From Octopus vulgaris (lineage: Eukaryota): 64,000 nucleotides of DNA. Both the position numbers and the translations under genes were made by a program. The stretch is from NCBI GenBank assembly GCA_951406725.2, contig OX597817.1, forward strand, positions 148,056,001 through 148,120,000. The letters are read 5' to 3'. A model generated the notes under the pieces. It saw only the letters and a list, made by a program, of their open reading frames with translations. It was not told the origin of the DNA and did not search any database. Of the stretch, positions 27,188 to 41,209 are shown piece after piece (positions within the stretch are counted from its first letter, which is position 1; every line of letters starts with the position of its first letter).

Positions 27188-27444
27188 TTGCGGTAACGGT
27201 TAAGGTAGCAGTTTCTTGGCGAAGCTGTATATGATTATTGAAGTAGATAAATGAATTATCTTATTACGGATAATTCAAATAATAACCGATACCTGGGTAG
27301 CAAAAATCACAACAGAAAAAGCACGGTTGAAGTTACGACCATGGGGCATAAAAACCGTGCCTTAGTGCGGAAATTTGAAGTTTTATATATTAAGTGTTGG
27401 AAGAAATGGAGCTGAACGAAGATTTAACAAAATTCCTTTATATT

Positions 27445-27530
27445 ATTTTCTACATATGTTTCGAAGGCTGCAAAGTCCCTAATTCGGATTGAATAAGGAG
27501 TCCATTTTGCAGCTTTCTCTTCAGGAAAAT
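27445..27530 (-). ncRNA. Hammerhead ribozyme, 5' pLTR copy
   Basis: AUUUUC-CUGAAGA-GAAAGCUGCAAA...UUUGCAGCCUUC-GAAA-CAUAUG-UA-GAAAAU. 6-bp stem I, long stem II, palindromic ACAUAUGU helix III. Confidence 0.85.
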
Positions 27531-28289
27531 CCAGGAACTTAATTCTCCAACAAAATGCACAACAAGCTTTTCGACAAACGCTCACGAGGAGCCCATGAGA
27601 TAAATGACACAAACTGTCTATCTATATGCGTTGTATATATGTATGTGTGTGTGTGCGTGTGTGTGTGTGTTTGTGTGTGACATATTTGTGTTGCACTGAG
27701 TTTGTAAATAGATGTATGGACTTTCATATTGCGATATTCTAAGATATACATCGTTAGGTCTTGTTATATGTTTCTCTCAGTACATGTAAATGCGCATGCG
27801 CGTGTGCATTTGTATATTTCATTTTGCAAAACGGGATGCTGCTTTGTCAACTGAAGATCACAAAGAGCAAAGATTGCGCCAACAGCATCGAAGCTAAAAA
27901 TAAATATCCTGGTGCATCTGTTCGATATTTTATCAAGTTTTTTTTTCTATTTGATCCATATGCACAATATATGTGACTGCGCTCACAAAGATATCTACCA
28001 TCTAGTTAGTGTTAAACGTAGCAGAGAATTTTTCCTCGTTTTCTATGCCACAGAGAAAGAAACTCAGACCTGAGAACAATGGACAAAAGACGTCGATGTT
28101 CCACGCTCCTTGGGGGATTTTTAACAAAAATAAATGCACAATCGTAACTGTTTGACCCTTATTTCAGCCACTATTAAATGTTTATTTATATACTATTTAA
28201 AGAAAAACAAAATGAATATTTTTTAAGTGGGAGGTACTTAAGCGACGTATTAAATTATACTCTCTCTCACCCGCACCCCCCCACCACAC

Positions 28290-28332
<43 letters not shown>

Positions 28333-28333
<1 letters not shown>

Positions 28334-28645
28334 AATAGTAAAAAGTGAAAGAACTACAGAAGGCTTAAAGGTTAAAAAATATATATATTTGCGTCAATAT
28401 GTCTGAAGAATATTAAAAATTTTTTTCTTACAATGACATAATTTAGAAGAAAGACCGGTTTCGCGTTTAGCTTTTCAAATTTCTTACGTCGTAAGAAATT
28501 TGAAAAGCTAAACGCGAAACCGGTCTTTCTTCTAAATTATGTCATTGTAAGAAAAATTTTTTTAATATTCTTCAGACATATTGACGCAAATATATATATT
28601 TTTTAACCTTTAAGCCTTCTGTAGTTCTTTCACTTTTTACTATTT
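28333..28645. repeat. 313-bp near-perfect palindrome (156-bp arms, 1-nt spacer at 28489)
   Basis: Arms are reverse complements except for 2 positions in an A/T run. Each carries the hammerhead 3' half GAAACCGGTC. Confidence 0.95.
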
Positions 28646-28687
28646 TCTATATATTCAACCACGTGTTTTCACAAACCAACTTTCTTA

Positions 28688-28789
<102 letters not shown>

Positions 28790-28828
28790 CTATGTGTGTG
28801 TATGTATATATATATATTCATATATATA

Positions 28829-28864
<36 letters not shown>

Positions 28865-28878
28865 TGTATGTATGAATG

Positions 28879-28909
<31 letters not shown>

Positions 28910-28938
28910 ATATATATATATATATATATGCATGCATC

Positions 28939-29250
28939 CAGTGGCGGGCTGGCCGGGATGCCAGCTTGCCCGATGGCAAATGCGCCCCTGCGTCATTAGA
29001 ATCCATTTATAGGGGCCTATGTTAGTATTTAAGGGTCCCATCCTCTCAAGTTTGAAAATATTTTATTCACTCCTGGAAGAATGCATTAGTTATTTCAGCC
29101 TGGCTGTAGTTATAGACAGTTGAAACGAATAGGTTTGACAAAAAAAAAAATAATTAAATTATAGCATTGTAGTTGCAGGTGCCCCTCCCTCCTTTGTAGT
29201 TGCGGGTAGGACCCCTTAGTCCCCTGGTAACCAATATTTTTAGACCCAGT
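28939..29250. mobile_element. Possible hAT-like non-autonomous remnant
   Basis: Begins CAGTGGCGG, GC-rich ends between microsatellites; no matching right TIR found. Confidence 0.3.
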
Positions 29251-29263
29251 TGCCATGGAATGC

Positions 29264-29340
<77 letters not shown>

Positions 29341-29385
29341 CCTATCTATCTATCTACCTATCTACCTACCTATCTATCTATCTAC

Positions 29386-29465
<80 letters not shown>
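29264..29465 (+). repeat. (ATCT)n microsatellite (also at 5720-5803 and 44196-44355)
   Basis: Read directly from the sequence. Confidence 0.95.
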
Positions 29466-29951
29466 ATATATATATATATGTGAACGTAATAGTGTATTCA
29501 TTAAAGATTTCTATGTATAATCAAGAACGTAATTACGTGAAAGTATGAACTTTTTTTATTTTGAAGTCTTCGTATTCCTTCAACTTATTTGGAGCAATAT
29601 ATTTCGTATGTTTACGGACGCTTCAATTCTCTTCCAGCTTTTCATCTAGATTCGATAAAATGATTATCGCTGGCTATTGATATTGCTGGTTAATTATATA
29701 CGGGAATCGTGAGAATTATATTGTCTGCTTCTCGTTCATTATCGCTGATTTGAAATGTTTAACCTCTGACATTAGACTTGTTTCATCAATCAGGAAATTG
29801 TATGGGTGAATAATACCAAAATTTAAGAATCTATTCAAGATTAATCGTAAACTCAGAAGAATTTTCAAAGATAACACTCTCGTACTTCAATCTAAATATA
29901 ATCTTTACCGATTAATTACCGCTTCAAGTGGAATCACACACACACATACAA

Positions 29952-30013
<62 letters not shown>

Positions 30014-31358
30014 GTAGTACATATATACGCACACATACACACATATACAAACATAGACTGTTCCACTCTATAAATCAAAAGGTCAATTCGTCTGTGGTTG
30101 TATCTTTAAAATTATAAAAGAATTATAGTTCGCAAGCAACATTACTTTCTCCGACCCATAAAACCCCAAATAAATTCCTCGACATTATCATTATATAGTC
30201 GTTTGGTCATCTTGATAACCAAATAACCCTACTGAGCCGTATATTCACAGGATATATACTTTAAGTTCACCTGGTACATCGTCAGAGATTTTAGAAGACA
30301 TTGAAGTATACCAGCAGACACCTTTAACATATTATTTTGTCTTGGACGACAAGGAGTTCATTGCTTTCTTCACTCAAGCACTGGTAAACGTTGACAAAAT
30401 CACTTACTCTGAGATTCTGTCAGCGTTATTATCTGCTTCATTTTGTCGGAGCAATGTTGAATAGAATAGTTCCAAACAGATCCAAAATTCAAACAAGCTA
30501 CACCGACAGCATATTCTGTGTGACTTAGACTTAAGTGTCTCTCGATCCCTAGATCTCATACGGCCGCAGCAAAGTTAGGATTACATAACGTATAAGAGCC
30601 TAAAATTACCAAACTATCTCCTGAAAAGGCCGCTGGACTGTCGCAGAATTAACCTCGCAGCTAGTACTGGATATCATCTACAGCAGTGGCAACATGAAAT
30701 TAAATGCTGCCTGGTATGGTGATTGATACACGATCCTGAAATTGTAAATCCTACGACCAACCACAATATCTTCTTCGTGAGACACCGAAGAGATGGCATA
30801 CTAAAAATTGGAAGGAAATCACCAATAAAAAAAAAAAATGGAATGGCATGAAAAGGTAATTTTTGCTCTTTCCATTCGTCCAGGTATTCACGTTTTTCAT
30901 TGAATAAAAGGGATAATAAAATGAATTAATCCTTTTCTCTATGGCAAAATGATTCAATATCCTCCTGAAAACGAACCTTCAAGGATAACTATGTAGACTG
31001 CACTCTTGTTATTGAATATATACGTAAAAAAGAAACACAGAGGATACTGGTGACACATTCCCTTCAAAGCGTCTACAAAGTGTAAACGTAACTGACCGGG
31101 TATACTATTTGGTGGGTAGGTAAAATAAAATTAAAAAATAGACATTATTAATGTCGCACATTCAACTTAAGTCTTTTGTTTCAACGCATTACGCCCAAGG
31201 GATATAGGGATATTTCTTTAGAGACGTTTTGTTCTTAAAAAAGACAATAAAACACAGCATATTTCAAAATCTGGCGAAACGAATCGTTCCGGAAGAGAAC
31301 AACAGCGATATTTCGCTGTTATTTTAGAACATCAGTACCAATTCAAATCGTTTGCCTG

Positions 31359-31422
<64 letters not shown>

Positions 31423-31453
31423 CTATTTTCTCTCCTTGTTTATTTCTGTTTTC

Positions 31454-31489
31454 CTTTCTGTCGCAGAGCGGAGGCTCGAAACGTAAAAG
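31454..31489 (+). ncRNA. Degenerate minimal hammerhead motif in a ~150-bp repeat between (GT)n and (AC)n
   Basis: CUUU-CUGUCGC-A-GAGC ggag GCUC-GAAA-CG-UA-AAAG. Stems I and II intact, core mutated. Confidence 0.45.
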
Positions 31490-32415
31490 ACTTTCTCGTT
31501 TCTCGAGCACTAAACTAATACATCTGCTTGTTTTTTACACACTTGTCTTCGTCTTTTGTTTTTTGTAAATTCTCACTACACACACAAACACACACACACA
31601 CACACATACACACACACATACATACACACACGCACACACACACACACAGACACACACACACACACATATATATATATATGCATATACATATACACACAGA
31701 TAACGTATGACAGGAAAAAAACGCTGCACAAATCGAACAAAATTCAAATTTTGTTTTAGAAACAGACTTCTACAGACGTCAGCTATTCTACTGATGGGAA
31801 TATCAAGGGGATTACTAAAGTCGACTGCACTGAAAACTTCAGGCTTTTATACTCAGATGATAAAAATAATCCAGATTTTTACCAATATTAATTGGTGCTC
31901 TTCTGTTGTTAGTAAAGCTCTAAGTAACAACAGGAAATGTTTGGTTTTCAGTAAAAGAAACTGACCAGATAACTCGTACAGTACAAATACAATCCGCATG
32001 ACTTATGAGGTATTGATCTTTCAATCGACATTCCAAAGATGGAGAATTGTATCTTTGTTACTCACCAATTCCTACCTTGCAAGAAAACTTCAAATAATGG
32101 AAAACAGAAGAGAACATGCATACATGCATACGCACAAAATCACACAAACACACAGACATACACTTCTTTAATTTATAGCGGTGAACCAGTGGGCACTTCA
32201 GTAGATGCAAATATAACGTCTCAGAATCTGTAATCCATGAAGCCTACCAACATAGAGGTGTATGGGGCCTGAGATTTGATGATGTCATTCATAGCACAAC
32301 GGAGTGTTTTTCACAAATATTGTTTATAAGGAGAATTGTTTTCTCGAGGCAATTTCTGCCGCTTATGTCTTTCCTCGTTCTAATATACATGAAAGTGTTA
32401 AATAAGATCGTCATA

Positions 32416-32457
<42 letters not shown>

Positions 32458-32705
32458 AAATATTTCTTCAGACATATTACTCTCTAACTACCGAGCCTTC
32501 ACAAAAGTAAAAGACAGAGACAGAAAAAAATGAAAATGTACCACCTATTTGAAAACTATGAAAATATTTGTTTTTCATGCTTAAGTTGAGAAAGTAGCAA
32601 AGACTGAAACCGATACTAAAATGTTCTTCATGACAGAATTATTTTAGCATTTTTTACCACTCACACACACACACACACATATATATATGTATATATATAT
32701 ATAAA

Positions 32706-32900
32706 AGGGCGCATGGTTATGTGATTAGGGTGTTGTACGCACGATCTGGCGATAGTAATTTCAATTATTTTAACGGCTAGTGCGTTATGCACTTGAGCAA
32801 AACACTCCATCTCACGTTGCCCTTCAATCACTTCGAGACACCTGCCGCGAGATACACAAAGCACCTCTTCAGGCAACGTCGATTTGATAGAGAGAGTGAG
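32706..32900 (+). mobile_element. Diverged SINE related to 35306-35549
   Basis: GGCGCATGG..GATTAGGGTGTTG...CTTGAGCAAAACACTCCATCTCACGTTGC. Confidence 0.5.
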
Positions 32901-33681
32901 CAAATGTGCGAAATGTCTGGCATGAAGATTTGATCACCCTAAACAAGTCATGTGTGCAGGTCGTTCGGCAAAGCTGAACGTTCATACATCGTCTTCGACA
33001 GGACTGTTCATTATATAATTTTATATATATAATGTGTGTTTGTGCGTGTGTATGTATGCGTGCGTATGTGTGCCCGTGTGCTTGCATTGCCTTTGTGTGT
33101 GTGTATTAAATCGGTAAGCTCTTATAAGTTCACGAGAATATCAATATCCATTGACATGACATGCTAGGTGAAAAATCCCCTAATCAGAGAAAAGAAAACA
33201 TTAGATTTTATCTCTACAAACATTATAACAGAATATGCTAATACAGTAAGTGAAGCGTTTGTTTTTAGTAGGTTAATAGGCACAGAAATTGTTTAAGAAA
33301 CTAATATTTACTATACTACAAAACTACAGAAATATAGGCTCAACAAACGCAGAGGGATCAACCGAACGCATGGCGAAGAATAGACTAGATAAAATGTTTA
33401 ATTCAAATGGCGATATATGTGTTGGATATAATGTAAATAAATATATAATTACTTTTACATCTTATTGTTTCAAACATTGGTTTGTGATTATACAGGGGCA
33501 CCGCATTTGTATCTTTAGTTGAACAAGTGCATCACAGTTACTTAGTTTTTATGTCTGTTACTTACTTTTTTCGTCCTCTTTCGACAAAACGTTTGTTACG
33601 GAGAAATAACAATCCCAATCCAAGACCGGTTGTCACGCGATTGTGGTCAAATCTAAACACAGGGATATACACACACAATCG

Positions 33682-33754
<73 letters not shown>

Positions 33755-33761
<7 letters not shown>

Positions 33762-33985
33762 TAAATAAGGGTAAAAATTGATATTAATCAATTAAAACCA
33801 GTGGCCTAGCATATTTTTAAAAAATCCGAAGATTAAAAATTTTTTTACGTACAAAATTTAGAGGACTGACCACTAAAAAAATGGACAGCCTATATGCTAG
33901 ATATAGACGTCAAAATCGCCATTTTCCACGAAGAATGTGTTCTTCGTCCATTTTTTTTAGTGGTCAGTCCTCTAAATTTTGTATG
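33755..33985. mobile_element. Small (AT)n-flanked repeat with a ~37-bp internal inverted repeat
   Basis: 33850-33886 versus 33946-33983 (TACAAAATTTAGAGGACTGACCACTAAAAAAATGGAC). Terminal AGGGTAA...ACCAGTGGCCTAGC motif shared with the 42-kb repeats. Confidence 0.6.
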
Positions 33986-34911
33986 TATATATATGTATAT
34001 ATATATACACACACACGAAGGGAATTTATACAGTTTTTCTATCTGCTATATTACCTCACAAGGCATCGGTCTACACAGATCAGCAAGACATTTGCCCAAT
34101 GTACACAGCCATGGCACTGAATTGGAAACGGAAATGTGTTGCAAAGTGAGCTTTTTAATCACACAGTTATGCATGCTTTTATTTGGTAACATGACATTTA
34201 CGACTACGCTCAGGCATAAATTAGCACTAATAATATATTTCAAAGACGCTCTATTACCCACATGAAAAATAAACAAACTCATAAGCCAGTGAATAAATTT
34301 TAGATAATAAACGTTGTAAACTCCTGGATTTTACAATTGCCATAGGAGTAGCACCCACGTTGGTAGTTTATCTTGCATTTATAGCAATTATGTTACACAA
34401 TATAAACAAAATGAATGCAGCTACACATTATATCTTACAGTAAAAAACAAAACTCGATAGAAAAATATTAGCTGCTTCTACAAACATCGTATGTAGTGTT
34501 CCCCAAAGAAATAGAAAATTGGTAATGGACGATATGTTAATGGCAACGTTTAAACAAGGTCATATAAGCAGATAACATGTCTAAGCGAAAAACTAACATA
34601 TTCTACGGGTGAGGTACTTCTATGTTTCTAAAATAAGCCTGACGTTGTGAATGAGATCATTTTAACCCCATAAAAAAAGAATAAAAATATATCGAACGTC
34701 ATTCGTCACCTATAGATTAAAAAAGCAAGAAACATATGAGAGGCTTGCAGTAATAATAAATTCAATGAAAAACATTTCATTCAGGCGATAAGGTTTTATA
34801 GATTTGCACTTTAAAAAGTTATTCGACTAAATACATTCATACGAGCACTGACGCACATATCTGTCTACCTACACACATGCCTACATATATGCATACATAC
34901 ATACATACATG

Positions 34912-34975
<64 letters not shown>

Positions 34976-35305
34976 CATACACGTACACATATATTTCTTT
35001 ACATATGCATCCATGCATATATTTGAGTATATATGTATGTTTTTGAATATGTATGTATATATCTATGAGTAAATATAAGCGGAGAGTTTTTGTTGATGCG
35101 ATTATAATTTTGCAGATTATTCACTACATCTTAAGCCTTTTATAAAGACATTTATATCTACACAGCCTTTTGATCAATTTGGCTTCCGATTGCCACTAAG
35201 ATCGATATTTCGGAATATGAAATATTAGAAACATTTGGAAATAAGGGAATATATTTCGAAACTAAAGACAGACAAACCTTCGTCCAGTTAATTGAAAAAA
35301 TAAAT

Positions 35306-35549
35306 GTTCCTTCTCGAGCCTTGCCAGGCTTATAAGGGCCGGTTTCCCGGTTACAGTGGCGTAGAAATTCCCCACCTGACGGGACGCCGGTCCGTCGCAG
35401 CATTACTCGTTTTTGACAGCTGAGTGGACTGGAGTAATGTGAAATGAAGTGTTTTGCTCAAGAACACAACACATCGCCCGGTCCAGATATCGAAACCACA
35501 ACCTTACGAGCATGAGTTTAACACCCTAACAACTAAGCCACGCTCCTCC
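35306..35549 (-). mobile_element. tRNA-derived SINE with V-domain-like segment
   Basis: A box TGGCTTAGTTG, B box GGTTTCGATATC, then CTGCGACGGACCGGCGTCCCGTCAGG and a tail shared with 53869-54147. Confidence 0.75.
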
Positions 35550-36745
35550 ACTTCAGCTAATTACTTCCTAACAAAAAATCCTTTTGAGGCAAACAAGGAA
35601 AGTACCATACGACAAAGCGGATAAGGCGCTGGCAATCTTCCAGATGAAAGTGCAACGATTCACATAGCTAATTATATTCAAAATTGGTAGTAACAGCATA
35701 CAAGTGATGTGGGCCATTTTGAAAGGCTTCACACGTTCATTGAATCTCGATATAACTGAATATTTATGGTGTTTTGCGGAGCATCAGGAACAGCTTCAAC
35801 CCAGCCATCATCGCTGAAAAACCTAAAACATATTTTATTTGAAGAATTGCTTAAAATTCTTCTCATAATCTTTCGGAACCTGTATGACGTAATTCCTCGA
35901 CATTTTTCATGACAAATGTAAACCGACATTGTATTACGTAATAAAACTTCTATTTATCAGTGTATTTCCATTATTTTGTCCAACTCCTGTATATAGATGC
36001 ATACATGTCTACATATATATATATATATAATCATATACATGCATATGTACCTCTAATATTATCATAAACGTGAACCTACAGTCTTAATGCTTAAGATATG
36101 AAGTTATACGAAACTTTTTGTCTAAATGCGATATTCCTGAAATTTTACCATAAATGCTGACGCCTTTATATATTTAACGAGATACAATATCTGTTAAAGG
36201 TTAATTGAATAAAGATAAATACAAACGTTGATGTGTAAAACGAAAGCTACCTTTATTGAATAATTAAAGCATTTTCATTCTTTATTGGATAACGGATAAA
36301 TGGATTTTCTTTAGAAATTACAGTTAATTTCATGATGGAGAAAAACGATACTAAAGAAATATTACACTATTAAGATTAATTTTCAACTTGAAAACTTCAG
36401 TTTCTGTCATACTTTATGATATTCAATGACACTCGCACGTCATCTGGCGCATGGGAACGATCGGAGTTTGTACAGTTTGGAAATTTATGCAAACGAATTT
36501 TAATATTTTCTAATTTATTATATTTTATCGTAAACGTTAATGGCTTAACGTTTCTATTTTCCACTCATTCGTATTTTATTTTTAAAAAATCCACTACAAT
36601 ACATAGATAAGAAACAAATATACATACATACGTACATGTATACAAACAGTCATACGTATATGCACACACACGTATGTATGCATATAGTATGTATGTATGT
36701 ATATATATATGTATATATATATGTATGTATATATATATATGTATG

Positions 36746-36839
<94 letters not shown>

Positions 36840-37123
36840 GATTGAATCATTAAAATGAAAAATAAATATTGAATTCTTTTAACTTAATATCTTTAAAAAT
36901 GGCACTTCCTAGGATACCTCAGTCTCTTCCGAATGATTCCTTAGCTTGTAAGCCTTTACGACTGTAAAATACAGACATATATTTAATATTTGAAGATTAA
37001 AAATCTATATAAATGCTATTAAATATGTTCATTTGTAAACAGCTAATCTCGAATTCACACAACATATATACATACCTACAAAAACATATACACATATTAT
37101 ACATATCATACATAAATATAATT

Positions 37124-37171
<48 letters not shown>

Positions 37172-37229
37172 TGTGTGTGTGTATTGATTCAAATATACAT
37201 ACAAAAACGTATCCACATATACATGAACA

Positions 37230-37285
<56 letters not shown>

Positions 37286-38299
37286 TGAAATGTGATGAAT
37301 ATTTCCTTATTGATGTTTCTGTTTAAAATTTCATTTGAGCGATTATGCAAGCTTTATCTAAAATGTTAATATGTATACATTTGTAACTAAGATGCACCCT
37401 AAACGCTTTATATGTGCAGGTTTCACTATTGCGTGAATGATCGTGGTGATCGGCGGTCGTCTGTTCTTGATATTAATGTCATTGGTGTATGAGGAGATCA
37501 CCGTGTATGTTACGTACATTTCACTATACCTCTCTACCACATATATATAGCTTTGCTTTTGTCTGTGTTTGCGGTTGGTTCATTGAGAGGCAGGCTATAA
37601 ACTTCGGCTCTAGTTTCTCTCAGCTCGGACAGTAGACCTGTTTATCACATGATTGAGATGACACGTCAAACATTTGGAATTTTTTTAATAATATGCGTTT
37701 TGGGAAAGTAAATGATAAATAAAATGAACACTATATTCTTATACGTAACAAACTTCAATAACCATTTTCTTCGGTATTTGCAGGATTTACATCCTATATA
37801 TACGAACTAATGAAAAGAAAAAAAATCAAGTGTCGATATTTAACTAACCCGGGGCCCTGGCAATTTTAGGGCACCTCCTGATAAGTATGTATAAGGAAGG
37901 AGTTATTTTGTCGAGTACATTCATATGTGTTTATGCACGTGTGCATATATGGGTATCCGTTATATCAGCGGGTATGGAATTCTTTACAATTTTTGTAACT
38001 GTGCATGCTAATGCATGTTTGTGTTCCAGAGTGCAAATACGAAGGTGTATAGAATGTACTGCAAAAACAAATGTTACTATTTGTCGACACGTTCTATAAA
38101 CACTCACGCACACAAAAAAGAAACATTTTTCTTTTCTTTTGTGATTGGCGTAAATAATATATTCATGCTTTTAGCCTCACTCTTTCTGATTTTTAATTTC
38201 TCTCTTCTCGCATTTAACACCGGAAAACAATTGGCTCCAAGATCGAATATAGTTTAAATGTGATTGCGAAACAGAAAAACAACTTAGAAAACAAACATC

Positions 38300-39200
38300 T
38301 CGTTTTCTTTCTTTTTCATCTTTTCTTTCCGATATTCATTTTCCTGTTTTTTCTTTTAAACTTTCATCGCACCTTTTTTTTTTCTCTACTTTTGTGACCC
38401 TGTTTATTTGTCGACTCTCCTGGTTGTTTGTCTAAACCGCTCTTAGCTCTCTTTCTGTAAATCTCCCTTTCTCCCTCTCTCTCTCATCCTTTCTTTTCTC
38501 CCCTCTCCCCTTTTTTCTTTCTAATTTTTTCCCTCCATTTTATGTTTCCTTTATTTTTCGCTCTCTCTAGTTTTTAGCTTTTTTTTCCCCAATCCCATAT
38601 AATTCTTTTATATCTCTTCCGTTTTTTCCCTTCATATTCTCTCTTAGTCTGGCAGTATGTCTGCTTGTCTATCTGCCTTTCATTGAGAATACCATTTTCC
38701 ATTCTAACTCTATGTATGATGTTATTTCGTTCTTATTTCCTTCCATCTTTCCTCAAACTTCTGTTTATTCATGATTTTATTCTTAGTATTTTCCTCTAAT
38801 ATTCTTTTCTTTCAGTTTACTGTTATTTTTTATTCATTTAGTTTTCATTCAATACCCCCTGTTTACTTCTTTCTCTTTCTCATTCCAGAACACTTTAGCC
38901 TATCGTTTCTTTTACCATATTACTTCATTGTTTTGTTTCGTTCTTTGTTTCCACAATCTTTTATTCCTCTCGCTATCATGTTTTTCATTAATATTATATC
39001 CCTCTTTATGGTTACATTTCTTCATTTATTTTACAAATAATCAATATATTCTTTCATAAATTAATTTTTCATTCATTTCAAAAGACTGCACTTTTCCCTT
39101 ACATATCTCATTCCCGCATCCTTTATAGACCCCATTCTATCCTTTTCAACTGTCTCTCTTTCCTATGGTTCTTTCTTTCTTCTTTATCTGTCTTTTATTC
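38300..39200 (+). repeat. Long pyrimidine-rich low-complexity tract
   Basis: Strong T/C bias on the + strand. Purine-rich counterparts are at 960-1410 and 43460-43730. Confidence 0.7.
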
Positions 39201-40275
39201 ATTTACTTATCGCTTCCCACGGGGATGCTGTTATCGGCTTTTAAATTGGGTTTTCATGTTCAACAAAGCTCTGTTTGGCATAGATGTGTCGAGAAAATGC
39301 AGTCATGAAATATTGATTCCTCAATTAGATATGAAGCCTTAGGCAGGTAGTGTTAAGTGTCTTGCCGAGAGACACAATGTCATACAACACCTGCGGTGGT
39401 ATGCGTAGTGTTCATGATACAATAGCAAGCGTCAGTGTTCTGTTTCAGACAAAAACAAAAACAAATGGGAAACATTAACTACATCAATAGCAAAAATAAA
39501 CAACATGGCTAGAAGTATAACTATCATTGGATTGTAGATTTATGTGTCCTACCCACGGACGAGCGAAATACTAGCAGTAAATTTGAACACAAATCCTGAA
39601 AAATAGAGTATCATATATGAGGACCGATAAAGCATTGAATGGCGGCATCAATAATATATTGGACATTAAACCTTGGAGTCAGCTGTGGTTATTCCCTCAT
39701 CATCATTGACTTATTCATATAACCGAAACTTCCACATTTCAAAGCCGCAGTCCGTCTAATCGAATGCGCTGGAATAAATGTTTGTCGCAATGAAAACTGT
39801 AAAGCTGACGCCTCCATCAATAGCCTGCAATCTGGAGCAAGCGTCTGGCTCTTACTCTTGTAAAATTTCCTTGTAGGAACTGCCATTTGACAACTTAGTC
39901 CTGTATAAAATGCTGTTATGTACATTCAATTGTATGTTTGGCATATCTTTCGTGTATATCAGAATTACTTTTCAATGATACAAGGATTGAAATGCGGACA
40001 TTTAACCATTGAAAAATGTGGGACAAATTCAGAATGATTGATAACTGAATATAGAGGGAACAATATATTGCGATAGAGAAGGAGGCATAAAGGTCTGCTG
40101 TAAACGGAGAATAATCATGTCAGTGGCGAATACGTTTAGGAATGTTGTATGTCCATATTTAGTAGCTGACTGAATTGTTTGTTGAGATTTGGTCATAATT
40201 ATGAAGATTAGGTTTATTTTGTAATATATCCGTTAGCAAGTATTTAAGATATACAAATATGTTTATCCCCAGTAA

Positions 40276-40333
<58 letters not shown>

Positions 40334-40490
40334 GTATGTATGTATGTGTGTGTACATATATATTTATATATATGTATATATACATATATGGTTATATATA
40401 TATATATGTATGTATGTGTGTGTACATATATATTTATATATATATGTATATATACATATATGGTTATATATATATGTGTGTATATATATG

Positions 40491-40577
<87 letters not shown>

Positions 40578-40584
40578 GTATATG

Positions 40585-40657
<73 letters not shown>

Positions 40658-40745
40658 TTGAAGTAGAAAAGAATGGCGAACAATTTGGCCAGACTTGAGT
40701 AAAAAAAAATTAATTTAATTTTGCAACATGATAAAATAGGGGTAG

Positions 40746-40842
40746 TCTCTGACAGCTGTGTACCCCAGCTCGGTATCCGATCTATTGGAACATCGTGTCG
40801 AGCGAAGATTCCGTATGTTGAGTGTTCTATCATCAGTGAGAG
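40746..40842 (-). ncRNA. Variant hammerhead motif in a pLTR-like repeat (40655-41200)
   Basis: UCUCA-CUGAUGA-long stem II region-GUACA-CAGCUG-UC-AGAGA. The repeat starts (AT)n..TTGAAGTAGA like the Naiad pLTR terminus at 25542. Confidence 0.45.
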
Positions 40843-41209
40843 ATAGGTTAATCATATGTAACAGTAAAAGAAATTTCCTCATCTATGACAGTTGTTGTGG
40901 TTCATTATGTCTAGAAACGGAGGAGAAATCCAATTAAGTCCAGTTAGATCGGGTATTCCTTAGGTAAATACCTGATCGTATTACTCTCTAATCATTCTCT
41001 CTGATCATGAATTTATTTAAGAAATCTCTGATTATATAGCTAAATTAAATTAAGTGACCTCGTCAAGACTTGTAAAACTGTTTTCCTTTCATTTCAGCTT
41101 TAACCCATACATACCTACCGATTCAAAGGGAAACCACTTCTAGCCGCTTTGAATAAGGCAGTCACAAAATCACAACTGGCATACCTATTTAAGTACTCAG
41201 AGCGCGTAC

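Noticed and set aside
40320-40500. ~64-bp tandem duplication within an AT array (similar cases at 2160-2400 and 22860-22970)
   Set aside because: Ordinary higher-order slippage of microsatellites.
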